Below, piece by piece: positions 1 through 8,561 of a stretch of DNA of 64,000 nucleotides. A program made the translations under genes and the position numbers. The DNA is taken from assembly GCA_024234615.1 (NCBI GenBank), contig JACKNY010000001.1:1176012-1240011 (forward strand). The letters run 5' to 3'. How positions within the stretch are numbered: position 1 is the first letter of the stretch; each line of letters begins with the position of its first letter. This stretch comes from Pseudomonadales bacterium. GTDB lineage: Bacteria > Pseudomonadota > Gammaproteobacteria > Pseudomonadales > IMCC2047. A model generated the notes under the pieces. It saw only the letters and a program-made list of their open reading frames with translations, was not told the DNA's origin and ran no database searches.

Positions 1-1882
1 ACATTGGTCTTCCACGTTCATCGATGGGAGAACATTTGGATTTTGGGCATAAATACTCGGTGATGGCATAAAACTCAACGTTTTTCGTCTGAGAGGCGAA
101 GGCTTCTAGCTGCGCATTGGCGTCGGCGACATTAGCGGGAATTTCGATTTGAGGTGACTCACATTTCATTACGGGATAGCTAAGCGCTTTTTCCCGGCAA
201 TACCTGTCATAGCTAGAGATAACAGGTATCTTGCCCAGTAATATGACCAGTTTGCCCTGCTCGGCTAGGCTGTTTGCTGTACGGAAGAAGGTTTTCAGGA
301 ATTGATCCGAACGAGATTGATAGCCAGACCAGCTAGCAGATATCACTACTACCTGGTACTGCTTTAGATTAGGCCAAACTAGCTCAATAGCTCCACGACA
401 ATCGGACAACCTGTGCGCGGCGACGAAATCAGCAGGATCAGAATTAATTGGCGGACAAGAGCCTATTTCAAGGTTTTGAAACCGAAAGTCGCCTTCACGT
501 GCGAAAACTCCCAGCATTCCAACAAAATGTGCGGCGTTTGAGTCTCCCCACAAAATTGCTTTTGGTACTTTGTTGGATTCAGCACCAACTATACATTGAG
601 CATTATTAATATCCTCTGGCTGAACTCGTTGTCGCTGGCAAACATAGTCGTAATCATAGGCGGGGCGTGTCTCATCATACAGTGAGGCAAGACTGCTTTT
701 GTACTCTTCAGAAAACCATCGCAATCCATAGCCATCAATCTTCATGGATATCAAAGCAACGAGGGCGAGCGCGCCGGCAGGGAAAATATATTGGAATGCA
801 AAGATTTGCAACGCTGGACGAGAGGATCGCCGCGCGGGACTTTCCACATAAAGGTAGCTTAGCCAAGCGAGTAAGAAAGTAAGAATAAAAATTACCGCAC
901 CCGGAACGAAGGTGATTTCCGAGTATCCATAGCGATAAAATGCAAGCAATGGCCAGTGCCATAGATAGGCTGAATAGGAAATCATACCCACCCAGACCAT
1001 GGGCTTGAGAGTCATCAGGCGGGACGGCCAACTATTGCCGTAATGTCCAGCGAGTATCAGCATGGCGGTGCCGAGTGTTGGTGGAATAGCCCTCAAGCCG
1101 GGAAATGTTTGTTCCTCAGATAGCAGTGCCAGCGCACCGGCTATTAATGCCAGGCCTAAAATGGCGGTGAAGGTTACGATTTCAGGCGAAATTTTTTGTG
1201 TGCCGCGTTTCAGTACTAGATAGGCTGAGCCAGCACCTACCAATAGTTCACCAGCACGCGTTGGTAACATGTAGTAAACGAATGATGGTGCGTCATCAAA
1301 CAGATATTCGCCTAATAGAAAGGATAGAGTGGCCACCACTATCATGGTTGCAAAAAACCATCGGGTACTTTTCAGTCGATAAACAAGCATTAAAATTAAT
1401 GGCCAGAAGATATAAAACTGTTCTTCTACGCCGAGTGACCATAAATGCAATAAGGGTAGTTCGCTGCTTGCTGCCGCGAAGTAGCTGGTGTCCTGGTACA
1501 ACCAAAAATACACATTGGCTAAAGATAATAGCGACCAGAGCCCGGACTCCGCGACTCTTTCCGCATCTACTGGACGCATAATCACTTGGGCGATGAATAT
1601 TACGAAAGCTACGACTACTAGCATCACTGGTGCTATACGTTTGACACGACGGCGGTAAAACTCAAGCAGTGAAAAACGCCCCATTTCTGAATCGCGGAAG
1701 ATGTGTAACGAAATAAGATAACCTGAAATTACAAAAAAGATGTCAACACCAACAAAACCGCCAGGTAAGATCGCGTCGTTAATGTGATAAAGAATAACGG
1801 ATAGCACAGCAATAGCGCGCAGGCCATCAATGTCAGGGCGATAGTTTGGGTTGTCCACCGTTGCAGTGCTTGGTACTTTCAT
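1..1882 (-). CDS. Acyltransferase family 3 (OafA/YrhL-type membrane O-acyltransferase with a C-terminal SGNH-like part). The 3' end runs off the left edge.
   Basis: Absent from the ORF track because it is open to position 1. My translation from ATG 1882 gives MKVPSTATVDNPNYRPDIDGLRAIAVLSVILYHINDAILPGGFVGVDIFFVISGYLISL...ANVYFW...PLLHLWSLGVEEQFYIFWPL. The frame is also open in spot checks at 301-418 and 2-58. Confidence 0.85.
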   Translation of the reverse strand, partial: MKVPSTATVDNPNYRPDIDGLRAIAVLSVILYHINDAILPGGFVGVDIFFVISGYLISLHIFRDSEMGRFSLLEFYRRRVKRIAPVMLVVVAFVIFIAQVIMRPVDAERVAESGLWSLLSLANVYFWLYQDTSYFAAASSELPLLHLWSLGVEEQFYIFWPLILMLVYRLKSTRWFFATMIVVATLSFLLGEYLFDDAPSFVYYMLPTRAGELLVGAGSAYLVLKRGTQKISPEIVTFTAILGLALIAGALALLSEEQTFPGLRAIPPTLGTAMLILAGHYGNSWPSRLMTLKPMVWVGMISYSAYLWHWPLLAFYRYGYSEITFVPGAVIFILTFLLAWLSYLYVESPARRSSRPALQIFAFQYIFPAGALALVALISMKIDGYGLRWFSEEYKSSLASLYDETRPAYDYDYVCQRQRVQPEDINNAQCIVGAESNKVPKAILWGDSNAAHFVGMLGVFAREGDFRFQNLEIGSCPPINSDPADFVAAHRLSDCRGAIELVWPNLKQYQVVVISASWSGYQSRSDQFLKTFFRTANSLAEQGKLVILLGKIPVISSYDRYCREKALSYPVMKCESPQIEIPANVADANAQLEAFASQTKNVEFYAITEYLCPKSKCSPIDERGRPM

Positions 1883-1919
1883 TAATTGTTCTTGTATTAG
1901 TCCAACCGGGTGTTTTGAG

Positions 1920-2783
1920 TTAGAGATCCAAAACTACTGACTCAGAATAAATATAGTCGATATCTTCTGCCTGCAAGTCATTGCTCAGGTAAACTTTATT
2001 AACGAAGCCTTCTCGTATTGCAGATAAGCGATAGTCTTTGCTTAGCAGGCGTGTTTCCACATGAGTGCTTAGAGCGGCATGTTGAAATAACCACCAGCTG
2101 CCGAGGCTTCGAAATCCATTACTGAATACCAAGCTATCGCTAAGATATATAACCTTAATGGCCGGACAACCTTTAAATGTCCCGATTTTATAGATGACAA
2201 GACACTGTCGGTTATCGCTTTGGAGCGACAGAAAGTGTAACCAAGAATACTTTTTGTGATCGTTATAAACGCGTAGGTTTTCGGCGCTTAGGGTTTTTGA
2301 CATGTCGTCAGGCTTGGTAAGAACCTGGGTGGCTGGTTGCCACCAAGGAAGATTAGCCAGCACAGTGACGCGCTCATCTAGGGGTTTAAATTTTAGAAAC
2401 TGTAATACGCTACCGACGGTTGAGGTGGGAGAAAAGTCTGTGTAGTGATATTCGCCGGGCTGTGAAATCAAGGCCATGGCCAAGCGCATGCTTTGCATGC
2501 GAAAGGCTTCTAGAACACACCAGCTAGTAATGTTACAGATTTTAACTTTTTTATCGCCTATTTCTCTGTCAGCGTAAAGTGCGCCGATACCACCGACTAT
2601 TTCGTTTTCTTCGTTGACAAGAACATACCCATAATTTGGACGTTCTTCACACCAGTTTTCCGATAGGGCCTGTTGCCACTCGTATACGGATCTTTCGCTG
2701 TAAAGGTGTTGATGTAAAAAAGAGCAAAATTTGGGCAATAGGTCTGAGTCGACCGGATGGATGGTGGGTGGCGCTTGCATCAA
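1920..2783 (-). CDS. GNAT-superfamily-like N-acyltransferase, polysaccharide-locus associated (287 aa)
   Basis: Intact ORF. The N-terminal half (YGYVLVNEENEIVGGIGALYADR...ITSWCVLEAFR) resembles a GNAT/FemAB-type acyltransferase fold. Its context is a polysaccharide locus. No motif-level proof. Confidence 0.45.
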   Translation of the reverse strand: MMQAPPTIHPVDSDLLPKFCSFLHQHLYSERSVYEWQQALSENWCEERPNYGYVLVNEENEIVGGIGALYADREIGDKKVKICNITSWCVLEAFRMQSMRLAMALISQPGEYHYTDFSPTSTVGSVLQFLKFKPLDERVTVLANLPWWQPATQVLTKPDDMSKTLSAENLRVYNDHKKYSWLHFLSLQSDNRQCLVIYKIGTFKGCPAIKVIYLSDSLVFSNGFRSLGSWWLFQHAALSTHVETRLLSKDYRLSAIREGFVNKVYLSNDLQAEDIDYIYSESVVLDL

Positions 2784-2820
2784 TACTTCCTGTTCATAAA
2801 CGGTTGGCTATGGTTCTGGG

Positions 2821-2842
2821 GCGTGTGACTACAGTCACACGC
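2821..2842. promoter_or_regulatory. Perfect 22-bp palindrome in a divergent promoter region (candidate operator)
   Basis: The sequence GCGTGTGACTACAGTCACACGC has two perfectly complementary 10-nt arms. It lies 38 nt upstream of the GNAT-like start, inside the 324-bp divergent gap to the E1 gene. Confidence 0.3.
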
Positions 2843-3107
2843 TAGGATCAGCTATTAGTTTTGGTAAACCATGGCCTTTATTTGTGAGGATCTCGTGCTA
2901 GTATAGTTTACTCAGCTCAGGTTGACCAAGGAACCTCTGGGGAACGCCTTTAAGTTTTGTCACTAGTTTTTGTCATGGTCCAGCCTGGATTTAGTATCCC
3001 AAGTAGACATGCTCTGTAGTAACATTCAAACTTTTTTTTATTAGGGTCTATACTCAATAGAATTTCAATTATTTGAGCAATTCTCAGACATATTTTAAGC
3101 AGGTTAT

Positions 3108-5090
3108 ATGAATTTACCCGGCTTTTGCCGTGATCCACATGGCAAACCGATTATCGGTCTCGATGACGAAAGCGTATACGCTTGGGGTGATTTGGTACGC
3201 CGTACTGAAACGCTGATTCTTTCGTTATTCAGCAAGGGGTTGCTTTCCGGTACGACCCATACCTGCCTAGGGCAGGAAATTTGTCAGATGTCGGTGGTGC
3301 GTGCCCTGAATGATCCTGATGATGTCGTGCTGTCCAATCATCGCAATCATGGCCATTTTTTGACTTACTCTGGCGATGTGCTCGGGTTGGTGACGGAAAT
3401 AATGGGGCGATCTTCTGGTACTTGTTTTGGCTATGGCGGTAGTCAGCACATTTCCCATCGTGGTTTTCACAGTAACGGTGTCCAGGCAGGGATGACGGGA
3501 ATTGGTGTTGGCCTGGGGTTAGCGCGAAAATTTAACGGTTCTAACGCTTTGGTTGCAGTGATGATAGGTGATGGGACATTGGGTGAAGGTTTGCTCTATG
3601 AGAGTATGAATCTGGCCTCAATTTGGCGCGCTCCGGTACTTTATGTGGTAGAGAATAACGGTATCGCACAGACGACGATGACCGAAAATACGATCGGTGG
3701 CAGTATTGCCGGTCGCGGCAAAGCATTTGGGCTAGAGGTATGGGAGTTAGACGATAGCGATCCGCAATTTTGTGCGAGTGTGCAAAAAGTTGTGGATGGG
3801 TTGCGCACCGATCCTCGCCCGGGAATGCTGGTGATTAATACCATGAGGCTGGGCCCACATAGTAAAGGCGACGACCTGCGCAGCGAGCAAGAGAAAAGTC
3901 ATATTCTGAAAAGAGATCCTTTGACTGCACTGGGCGAACGATTAGATAGTGTGGCTAAAGTAGCGATTGATGAGCGTAATAGTAGTTTTCTTAAAGAGTT
4001 AGAACAGACCGCAATCGCAACCCCAGAATCTCAGTTCGCCGGCATTCCTTTACACAGCTTTAAAGTAGGAAATGAGCTAACCAGTTCGCAATTATCAGCG
4101 GAAGCGGAAAATGTACGTGCTGCAATCAATGCTGGCCTGGATTATCTTTTGGCGCAAAATAAAAACTGTATCGTGCTAGGTGAGGATTTACATGAGCCCT
4201 ACGGCGGTGCTTTTAAAGTGACCGCCGGATTATCTGAAAAGTATCAAGGGCGTGTTATATCTACCCCAATAAGCGAAGCGGGGATAACTGGCGCCGGAAT
4301 AGGTTTGGCGTTGGCAGGTTTTAGGCCTATTGTGGAAATTATGTTTGCAGATTTCCTCACACTTTGCGCTGATCAACTGTTTAATCACGCGGTAAAATTC
4401 CCGGCGATGTTTGAGGATGTGGAAGTTCCACTCATCATTCGCACACCTTGTGGTGGGCGCCGGGGATATGGGCCTACGCACAGCCAGAGCCCTGAGAATA
4501 TATTTACCTCTATTCCGGGGCTGACGGTTGTTTATGGGTCACATCGCCATAATGTTGGACAACTGCTGATAGACCTTTCAAAAAATTGGCCGAATCCAGC
4601 GCTGTTCCTGGAGCATAAGCTGCTCTATGGTGAAAAACAGTCACCCGGTGCCTATCAAGTATTAAAGGCTTCTGATTTAGATTTGGCTGCCAGGTTGTTT
4701 CCAACCCTGGTGGAAGGTTCTCAAACGCCGGATTTAACGGTTATTACCTACGGCGGAATGCTGCCTATCGTGGAGGAAGCGATACAATTTTTGCGGGAAA
4801 CCGAGGAGCTGGAGGTAGAAGTTATTGTGCCATCGCTATTGGCCCCTTTACCTCGCAATACCCTGTTGCAGCAATTAATGAGTCGACCAGCTATTGCGGT
4901 GGTTGAAGAGTCGCATCATGAGTACGGTGTGGGCGCTGAAATACTCGCCATGCTGCTAGAGGCGGGTTACCAGGGAGAAGCGATCCGTGTAGGTACTGAT
5001 CCTGTACCAATACCTGCGGCCAGAAGCTTGGAGCGTCAGGTGCTCCCGGACAAAGAGCTGATTGTTGCTAATTTACTCGAATTATTTTGA
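3108..5090 (+). CDS. Fused alpha+beta E1 component of a TPP-dependent 2-oxoacid dehydrogenase (660 aa)
   Basis: The TPP motif GDG..(N)NN is present as VMIGDGTLGEGLLYESMNLASIWRAPVLYVVENNG in the N-terminal half. The C-terminal half is E1-beta/transketolase-like (ISTPISEAGITGAGIGLALAGFRPIVEIMFADF). Confidence 0.85.
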   Translation: MNLPGFCRDPHGKPIIGLDDESVYAWGDLVRRTETLILSLFSKGLLSGTTHTCLGQEICQMSVVRALNDPDDVVLSNHRNHGHFLTYSGDVLGLVTEIMGRSSGTCFGYGGSQHISHRGFHSNGVQAGMTGIGVGLGLARKFNGSNALVAVMIGDGTLGEGLLYESMNLASIWRAPVLYVVENNGIAQTTMTENTIGGSIAGRGKAFGLEVWELDDSDPQFCASVQKVVDGLRTDPRPGMLVINTMRLGPHSKGDDLRSEQEKSHILKRDPLTALGERLDSVAKVAIDERNSSFLKELEQTAIATPESQFAGIPLHSFKVGNELTSSQLSAEAENVRAAINAGLDYLLAQNKNCIVLGEDLHEPYGGAFKVTAGLSEKYQGRVISTPISEAGITGAGIGLALAGFRPIVEIMFADFLTLCADQLFNHAVKFPAMFEDVEVPLIIRTPCGGRRGYGPTHSQSPENIFTSIPGLTVVYGSHRHNVGQLLIDLSKNWPNPALFLEHKLLYGEKQSPGAYQVLKASDLDLAARLFPTLVEGSQTPDLTVITYGGMLPIVEEAIQFLRETEELEVEVIVPSLLAPLPRNTLLQQLMSRPAIAVVEESHHEYGVGAEILAMLLEAGYQGEAIRVGTDPVPIPAARSLERQVLPDKELIVANLLELF

Positions 5091-5115
5091 ACCTATTTGA
5101 TTTCTGGACATAAGA

Positions 5116-6234
5116 ATGCCAACACCTTTATACACTCCGCGGGTTAATAATAACGATGATCTTGTCAAACTCATCAATTTAGCTGCGAGCGAAGGCGATT
5201 ACGTTAAAGCCGGTCAGGTGGTCGCAAGTGTCGAGACCGACAAGGCGATCGTCGATGTCGAGATTGAGCAGGATGGCTATGTGCTTAAAGTATTAGCGCA
5301 ATTGGAAGATGTGATTCCGGTTGGCAGTGTGTTGCTTTGGGTCGGTGCAACGATGAATGAAACAGTTCCTGATTCAAAAGCCGAACCAACCGTCGCCAGT
5401 CAGCATAACGGTGATTCAAAACAACCTACCGCTCGCGCCCGCATACTCTTGCGCAAGTATGGTGTTGAAGCATCCCAAGTACCTATCATAGGCGAGCGCT
5501 TAACCGCGGAAGATGTCATGGCTTGGGCAAGCAAAAGGGAGCTTGCCGATCATTCCGGTGAAAACGTAAAGATGGCAAAAAAAGCCGAACGCCGACCCAT
5601 CGCAGAGGGAAAGCCGGTGGAGTTTACGTCCGAACAGCATGGTATGCAAAATGCTGTTGCCTGGCAGCGTGACCACGCCGCAACCGGTTATATCGAGCTC
5701 GCCTATGACCCTAAGCCTCTGGATGATTGGGCTCAAGCTTTCCAGGATCAAAACAAACTGCTATTCAGTCCGCTTTTATCGCTGATGCTCTGGCGTTTAG
5801 CACAAATGGCAGAGGAGAATCCGAAATTAAATAGCACGGTATATCAAGATAAGTTTTACCAGTATGACAGCGTTAACACGGGGTTTACCGTGCAGGCTGG
5901 AGAGACACTTTATGTGGCTGTGTTAAGAGACGCGGGTAAGTTAGATGCTTTGGAATTCGTCAATCGAATGACGGACTTGCAGCGTCGAGCGATGGTTAAA
6001 AAGCTAAAGCCGACAGAATTGGAAGGTGCGACCATATCCTTTTCGAGCATGGCACGATGGAATATAACCCGACATGTGCCTATTTTGTCGCCTGGAACTT
6101 CATTGATGGTAGCCCATGCGGCCACAATAAATGACCAAGCGGTTGTCGGTGCTACCTATGATCACCGGGTATTGAGCGGGTTTGATGTGGCGATGGTATT
6201 GCGTCAGCTTGTCTCGGTGCCTGAAACTAAATAA
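5116..6234 (+). CDS. E2 dihydrolipoamide acyltransferase (lipoyl domain, subunit-binding domain and catalytic domain)
   Basis: Lipoyl-lysine motif SVETDKAIVDVE. PSBD-like segment ARARILLRKYGVEASQVPIIGERLTAEDV. Catalytic DHRVLSG near the C-terminus. Confidence 0.85.
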   Translation: MPTPLYTPRVNNNDDLVKLINLAASEGDYVKAGQVVASVETDKAIVDVEIEQDGYVLKVLAQLEDVIPVGSVLLWVGATMNETVPDSKAEPTVASQHNGDSKQPTARARILLRKYGVEASQVPIIGERLTAEDVMAWASKRELADHSGENVKMAKKAERRPIAEGKPVEFTSEQHGMQNAVAWQRDHAATGYIELAYDPKPLDDWAQAFQDQNKLLFSPLLSLMLWRLAQMAEENPKLNSTVYQDKFYQYDSVNTGFTVQAGETLYVAVLRDAGKLDALEFVNRMTDLQRRAMVKKLKPTELEGATISFSSMARWNITRHVPILSPGTSLMVAHAATINDQAVVGATYDHRVLSGFDVAMVLRQLVSVPETK

Positions 6235-6244
6235 TGAGGAAATA

Positions 6245-6505
6245 ATGGATAAAGCAGAGATTGTTAGTGCAGTAAAAGAGCAGGTTATAGTGATCGCGAA
6301 ACAGCTGGGGATGGATGCATCAGGGTTAAATGCCGATGACATCATACCGGCAACCGGGCTACTCGATTCTGCGGGTTTAATGCAACTAATCGCTTGGTAT
6401 GAAGATTTTTATGAAATTCCTTTGAGCCAAGAGGAAATTAATATTGATAATTTGGGAACGCTCGATGCGATGGCCTGTTTCGTTTTAAAAAGAAAGGGGC
6501 TTTGA
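6245..6505 (+). CDS. Acyl carrier protein (86 aa)
   Basis: Phosphopantetheine-site-like LLDSAGLMQL. Size and acidic helices are typical of ACPs. A GAGGA sequence precedes ATG 6245. The track ORF 6182-6505 starts upstream in the same frame. Confidence 0.75.
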   Translation: MDKAEIVSAVKEQVIVIAKQLGMDASGLNADDIIPATGLLDSAGLMQLIAWYEDFYEIPLSQEEINIDNLGTLDAMACFVLKRKGL

Positions 6506-6507
6506 TC

Positions 6508-6756
6508 ATGGCAATCTTGGATACGGTAAAGTTTATCTTGAAGCATCAGCTTCAGCTGGGCGATAGAACGGATGACTTCGGTATGGATACACCGCTGTTA
6601 GGAAGCCTCCCGGAATTCGACTCAATGGCGGTGGTGGGCGTGCTTACAGCGATTGAAGAAGAGTTCGGCGTTGTTGTGGAAGACGATGAAATCTCAGCTG
6701 AAGTGTTTGAGTCGGTGGGAAGTCTGACTCATTTTATCGAAGGCCTGATTGCGTAG
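6508..6756 (+). CDS. Acyl carrier protein, second tandem copy (82 aa)
   Basis: EFDSMAVVGVLTAIEEEFG carries a DSM attachment motif. ATG 6508 lies just after the ACP1 stop (6503-6505). Confidence 0.75.
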   Translation: MAILDTVKFILKHQLQLGDRTDDFGMDTPLLGSLPEFDSMAVVGVLTAIEEEFGVVVEDDEISAEVFESVGSLTHFIEGLIA

Positions 6757-6768
6757 GCGATAGCACGA

Positions 6769-7617
6769 GTGTCATCTAATAGTCTTTCAATAGCTCATCC
6801 TCAATTCATTGCCGGTGCAGCAGGTTCAATTTTTGTCCTGCACCACAGGCCGGTCCCATCACTTCCTTATAAAGGAACCATCATTTTTGTGCCGCCCTTT
6901 AATGAGGAGATGAATCGCAGTCGTTCAATGCTGACACTGTTAGCCACTCGGCTAAATGCTGAAGGCTACGGCCTTGCAATAGTGGATCTGTATGGTACCG
7001 GCGATAGCTCAGGTAATTATGTGGATGCTAGTTGGGAAATATGGCGACAGGATATAGTTGCGGTTGCTGATTGGCTAGAGAATGAGGGCTTTAGCTGTAT
7101 TGGTTTATTAGGACTGCGCTTAGGGGCCATGCTCGCGGCCGAGGTTTTGGTGAAGGATGCAGGAAAACGGTTTAAAAAATTGCTGTTTTGGCAACCAGTG
7201 ACGGATGGCAAAATTCATCTAGTGCAATTTTTGCGGATTCGATTGGCTGCTAATTTAGAAAGACAGACAAAAGAAAAAGAAACCACCAAACTGCTTAGAA
7301 GCAAATTAATGGATGAGGGTTCTGTGGAAGTTGCTGGCTATGAAATTAGTCGCGAGCTGGCGGAGGCGATCGATAATACAAGAATGATTAATTATTTTGA
7401 GGCTTTGCAAGGCGCTACCATTTTGTGGCTTGAGCACAGAAACGAAGCAGACCAACCGTTGCCAAAAGCGTTGACAGATACTTTGTCGAAGTGTGAAGAA
7501 AATAAGCTCAAGCTCGATTTTAATACATTTGTCGGTCCAGCATTCTGGCAGATGCATGAGCGAACGCTCGCGCCCGAGGTCATTGAAAAAACTTTGGATT
7601 GGCTGAGGCTAGCGTGA
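6769..7617 (+). CDS. Alpha/beta-hydrolase fold protein, one of the exosortase A system-associated hydrolase pair. The nucleophile elbow reads GLRLG.
   Basis: Fold pattern: IIFVPPFNEEMNRSR / IVDLYGTGDSSG / CIGLLGLRLGAMLAA / LLFWQPV. It is adjacent to a second, unrelated hydrolase and to ACPs. Confidence 0.7.
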   Translation: MSSNSLSIAHPQFIAGAAGSIFVLHHRPVPSLPYKGTIIFVPPFNEEMNRSRSMLTLLATRLNAEGYGLAIVDLYGTGDSSGNYVDASWEIWRQDIVAVADWLENEGFSCIGLLGLRLGAMLAAEVLVKDAGKRFKKLLFWQPVTDGKIHLVQFLRIRLAANLERQTKEKETTKLLRSKLMDEGSVEVAGYEISRELAEAIDNTRMINYFEALQGATILWLEHRNEADQPLPKALTDTLSKCEENKLKLDFNTFVGPAFWQMHERTLAPEVIEKTLDWLRLA

Positions 7618-8489
7618 GCACAGAAGAGGCTAAAGTTTTTTCATGCGACGGTGATTCACTGATCGGTATTCTGCATCGTCCGGAAAGACCAGCAAAAAGA
7701 GCGGTGGTTATCGTAGTCGGTGGCGGCCCCCAATATCGTGTTGGCGGACATCGTCAGCTAGTACTCTGGTCGCGACGCTTATGTGACCAAGGCATTGCTG
7801 TGCTGCGTTTCGATTATCGCGGAATGGGTGATAGTTACGGCGATTTTGCTGGATTTGAGAACGTCGATGCGGACATCAAAGCAGCAATTGACTACCTGTT
7901 TGCCGAGGTGGCGGAAGTAGAAGAAGTAGTGCTCTGGGGTGAATGTGATGCATCATCTGCCATTATCTTTTATGCCTGGAGTGATTCTCGAGTCAAAGGT
8001 GCGGTTTTACTAAACCCCTGGGTGCACACCCCGGCAGGACAAGCCAAAGCCTTCATCAAACATTACTATTGGCATCGTCTGAAAGATAAAGCGTTTTGGG
8101 AAAAAGTTATTAGCTTGCAATTTGATGTTTTCGGATCTTTGAAATCTTTTTTAGCTAATCTGAAATCATCTTTCGCTAACAAGACCGAGAATGTTTCGGC
8201 ACAGGTGAACTCTGAGTCGACGCCGATTCCTCGAAACCTAGATATTCCCAGTCGTATGTATATTGGATTTGCCAGATTTCAAGCGCCGATTATGTTGGTT
8301 ATGAGTGGTCGAGACTTTGTCGCCAGGGAGTTTGACGACCTGATCGCCAGCTCGCAGGAGTGGCGTGACAGGATGAGCCACCCGGAAGTGGTCCGATACG
8401 ATATTCCAGATGCGGATCATACGTTCTCGACTAATGAGTGGCGCAACGCTGTTGTCGGTTGGGCTGAAACCTGGTTGAAATCATGGTAA
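7614..8489 (+). CDS. Alpha/beta-hydrolase fold protein, partner of the exosortase A system-associated pair. The elbow GECDA suggests a Cys nucleophile.
   Basis: VVIVVGGGPQYRVGGHR / LRFDYRGMGDSYG / VVLWGECDASSAI / DADHTF. GTG 7614 overlaps the upstream stop (GTGA). The track start at 7599 (TTG) is also possible. Confidence 0.7.
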   Translation: MSTEEAKVFSCDGDSLIGILHRPERPAKRAVVIVVGGGPQYRVGGHRQLVLWSRRLCDQGIAVLRFDYRGMGDSYGDFAGFENVDADIKAAIDYLFAEVAEVEEVVLWGECDASSAIIFYAWSDSRVKGAVLLNPWVHTPAGQAKAFIKHYYWHRLKDKAFWEKVISLQFDVFGSLKSFLANLKSSFANKTENVSAQVNSESTPIPRNLDIPSRMYIGFARFQAPIMLVMSGRDFVAREFDDLIASSQEWRDRMSHPEVVRYDIPDADHTFSTNEWRNAVVGWAETWLKSW

Positions 8490-8561
8490 TCACTATAAGA
8501 AAAAGTAGGTGTGAACAGGCAGTTGCTCAATACTGGCAACCATCACAGGGTTACACAACAT

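Noticed and set aside
667-1581. Four short ORFs in the track (667-882+, 735-1031-, 1198-1581+, 1296-1505-)
   Set aside because: All lie inside the long minus-strand acyltransferase_3 reading frame, in other frames. That frame translates cleanly with canonical motifs, whereas these ORFs have Arg/Cys-rich, low-plausibility sequences.
2860-2885. Sigma-54 promoter (TGGCCTTTATTTGTG) upstream of the E1 operon
   Set aside because: The GG and the would-be -12 element are spaced one nt short, and the -12 reads TTGT rather than TTGC. This is not convincing.
3108-6234. E1/E2 as the housekeeping pyruvate or branched-chain 2-oxoacid dehydrogenase
   Set aside because: There is no E3 gene nearby, E1 is a single fused chain, and the genes are immediately followed by ACP and hydrolase genes of the polysaccharide locus. 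This cannot be fully excluded without phylogeny.
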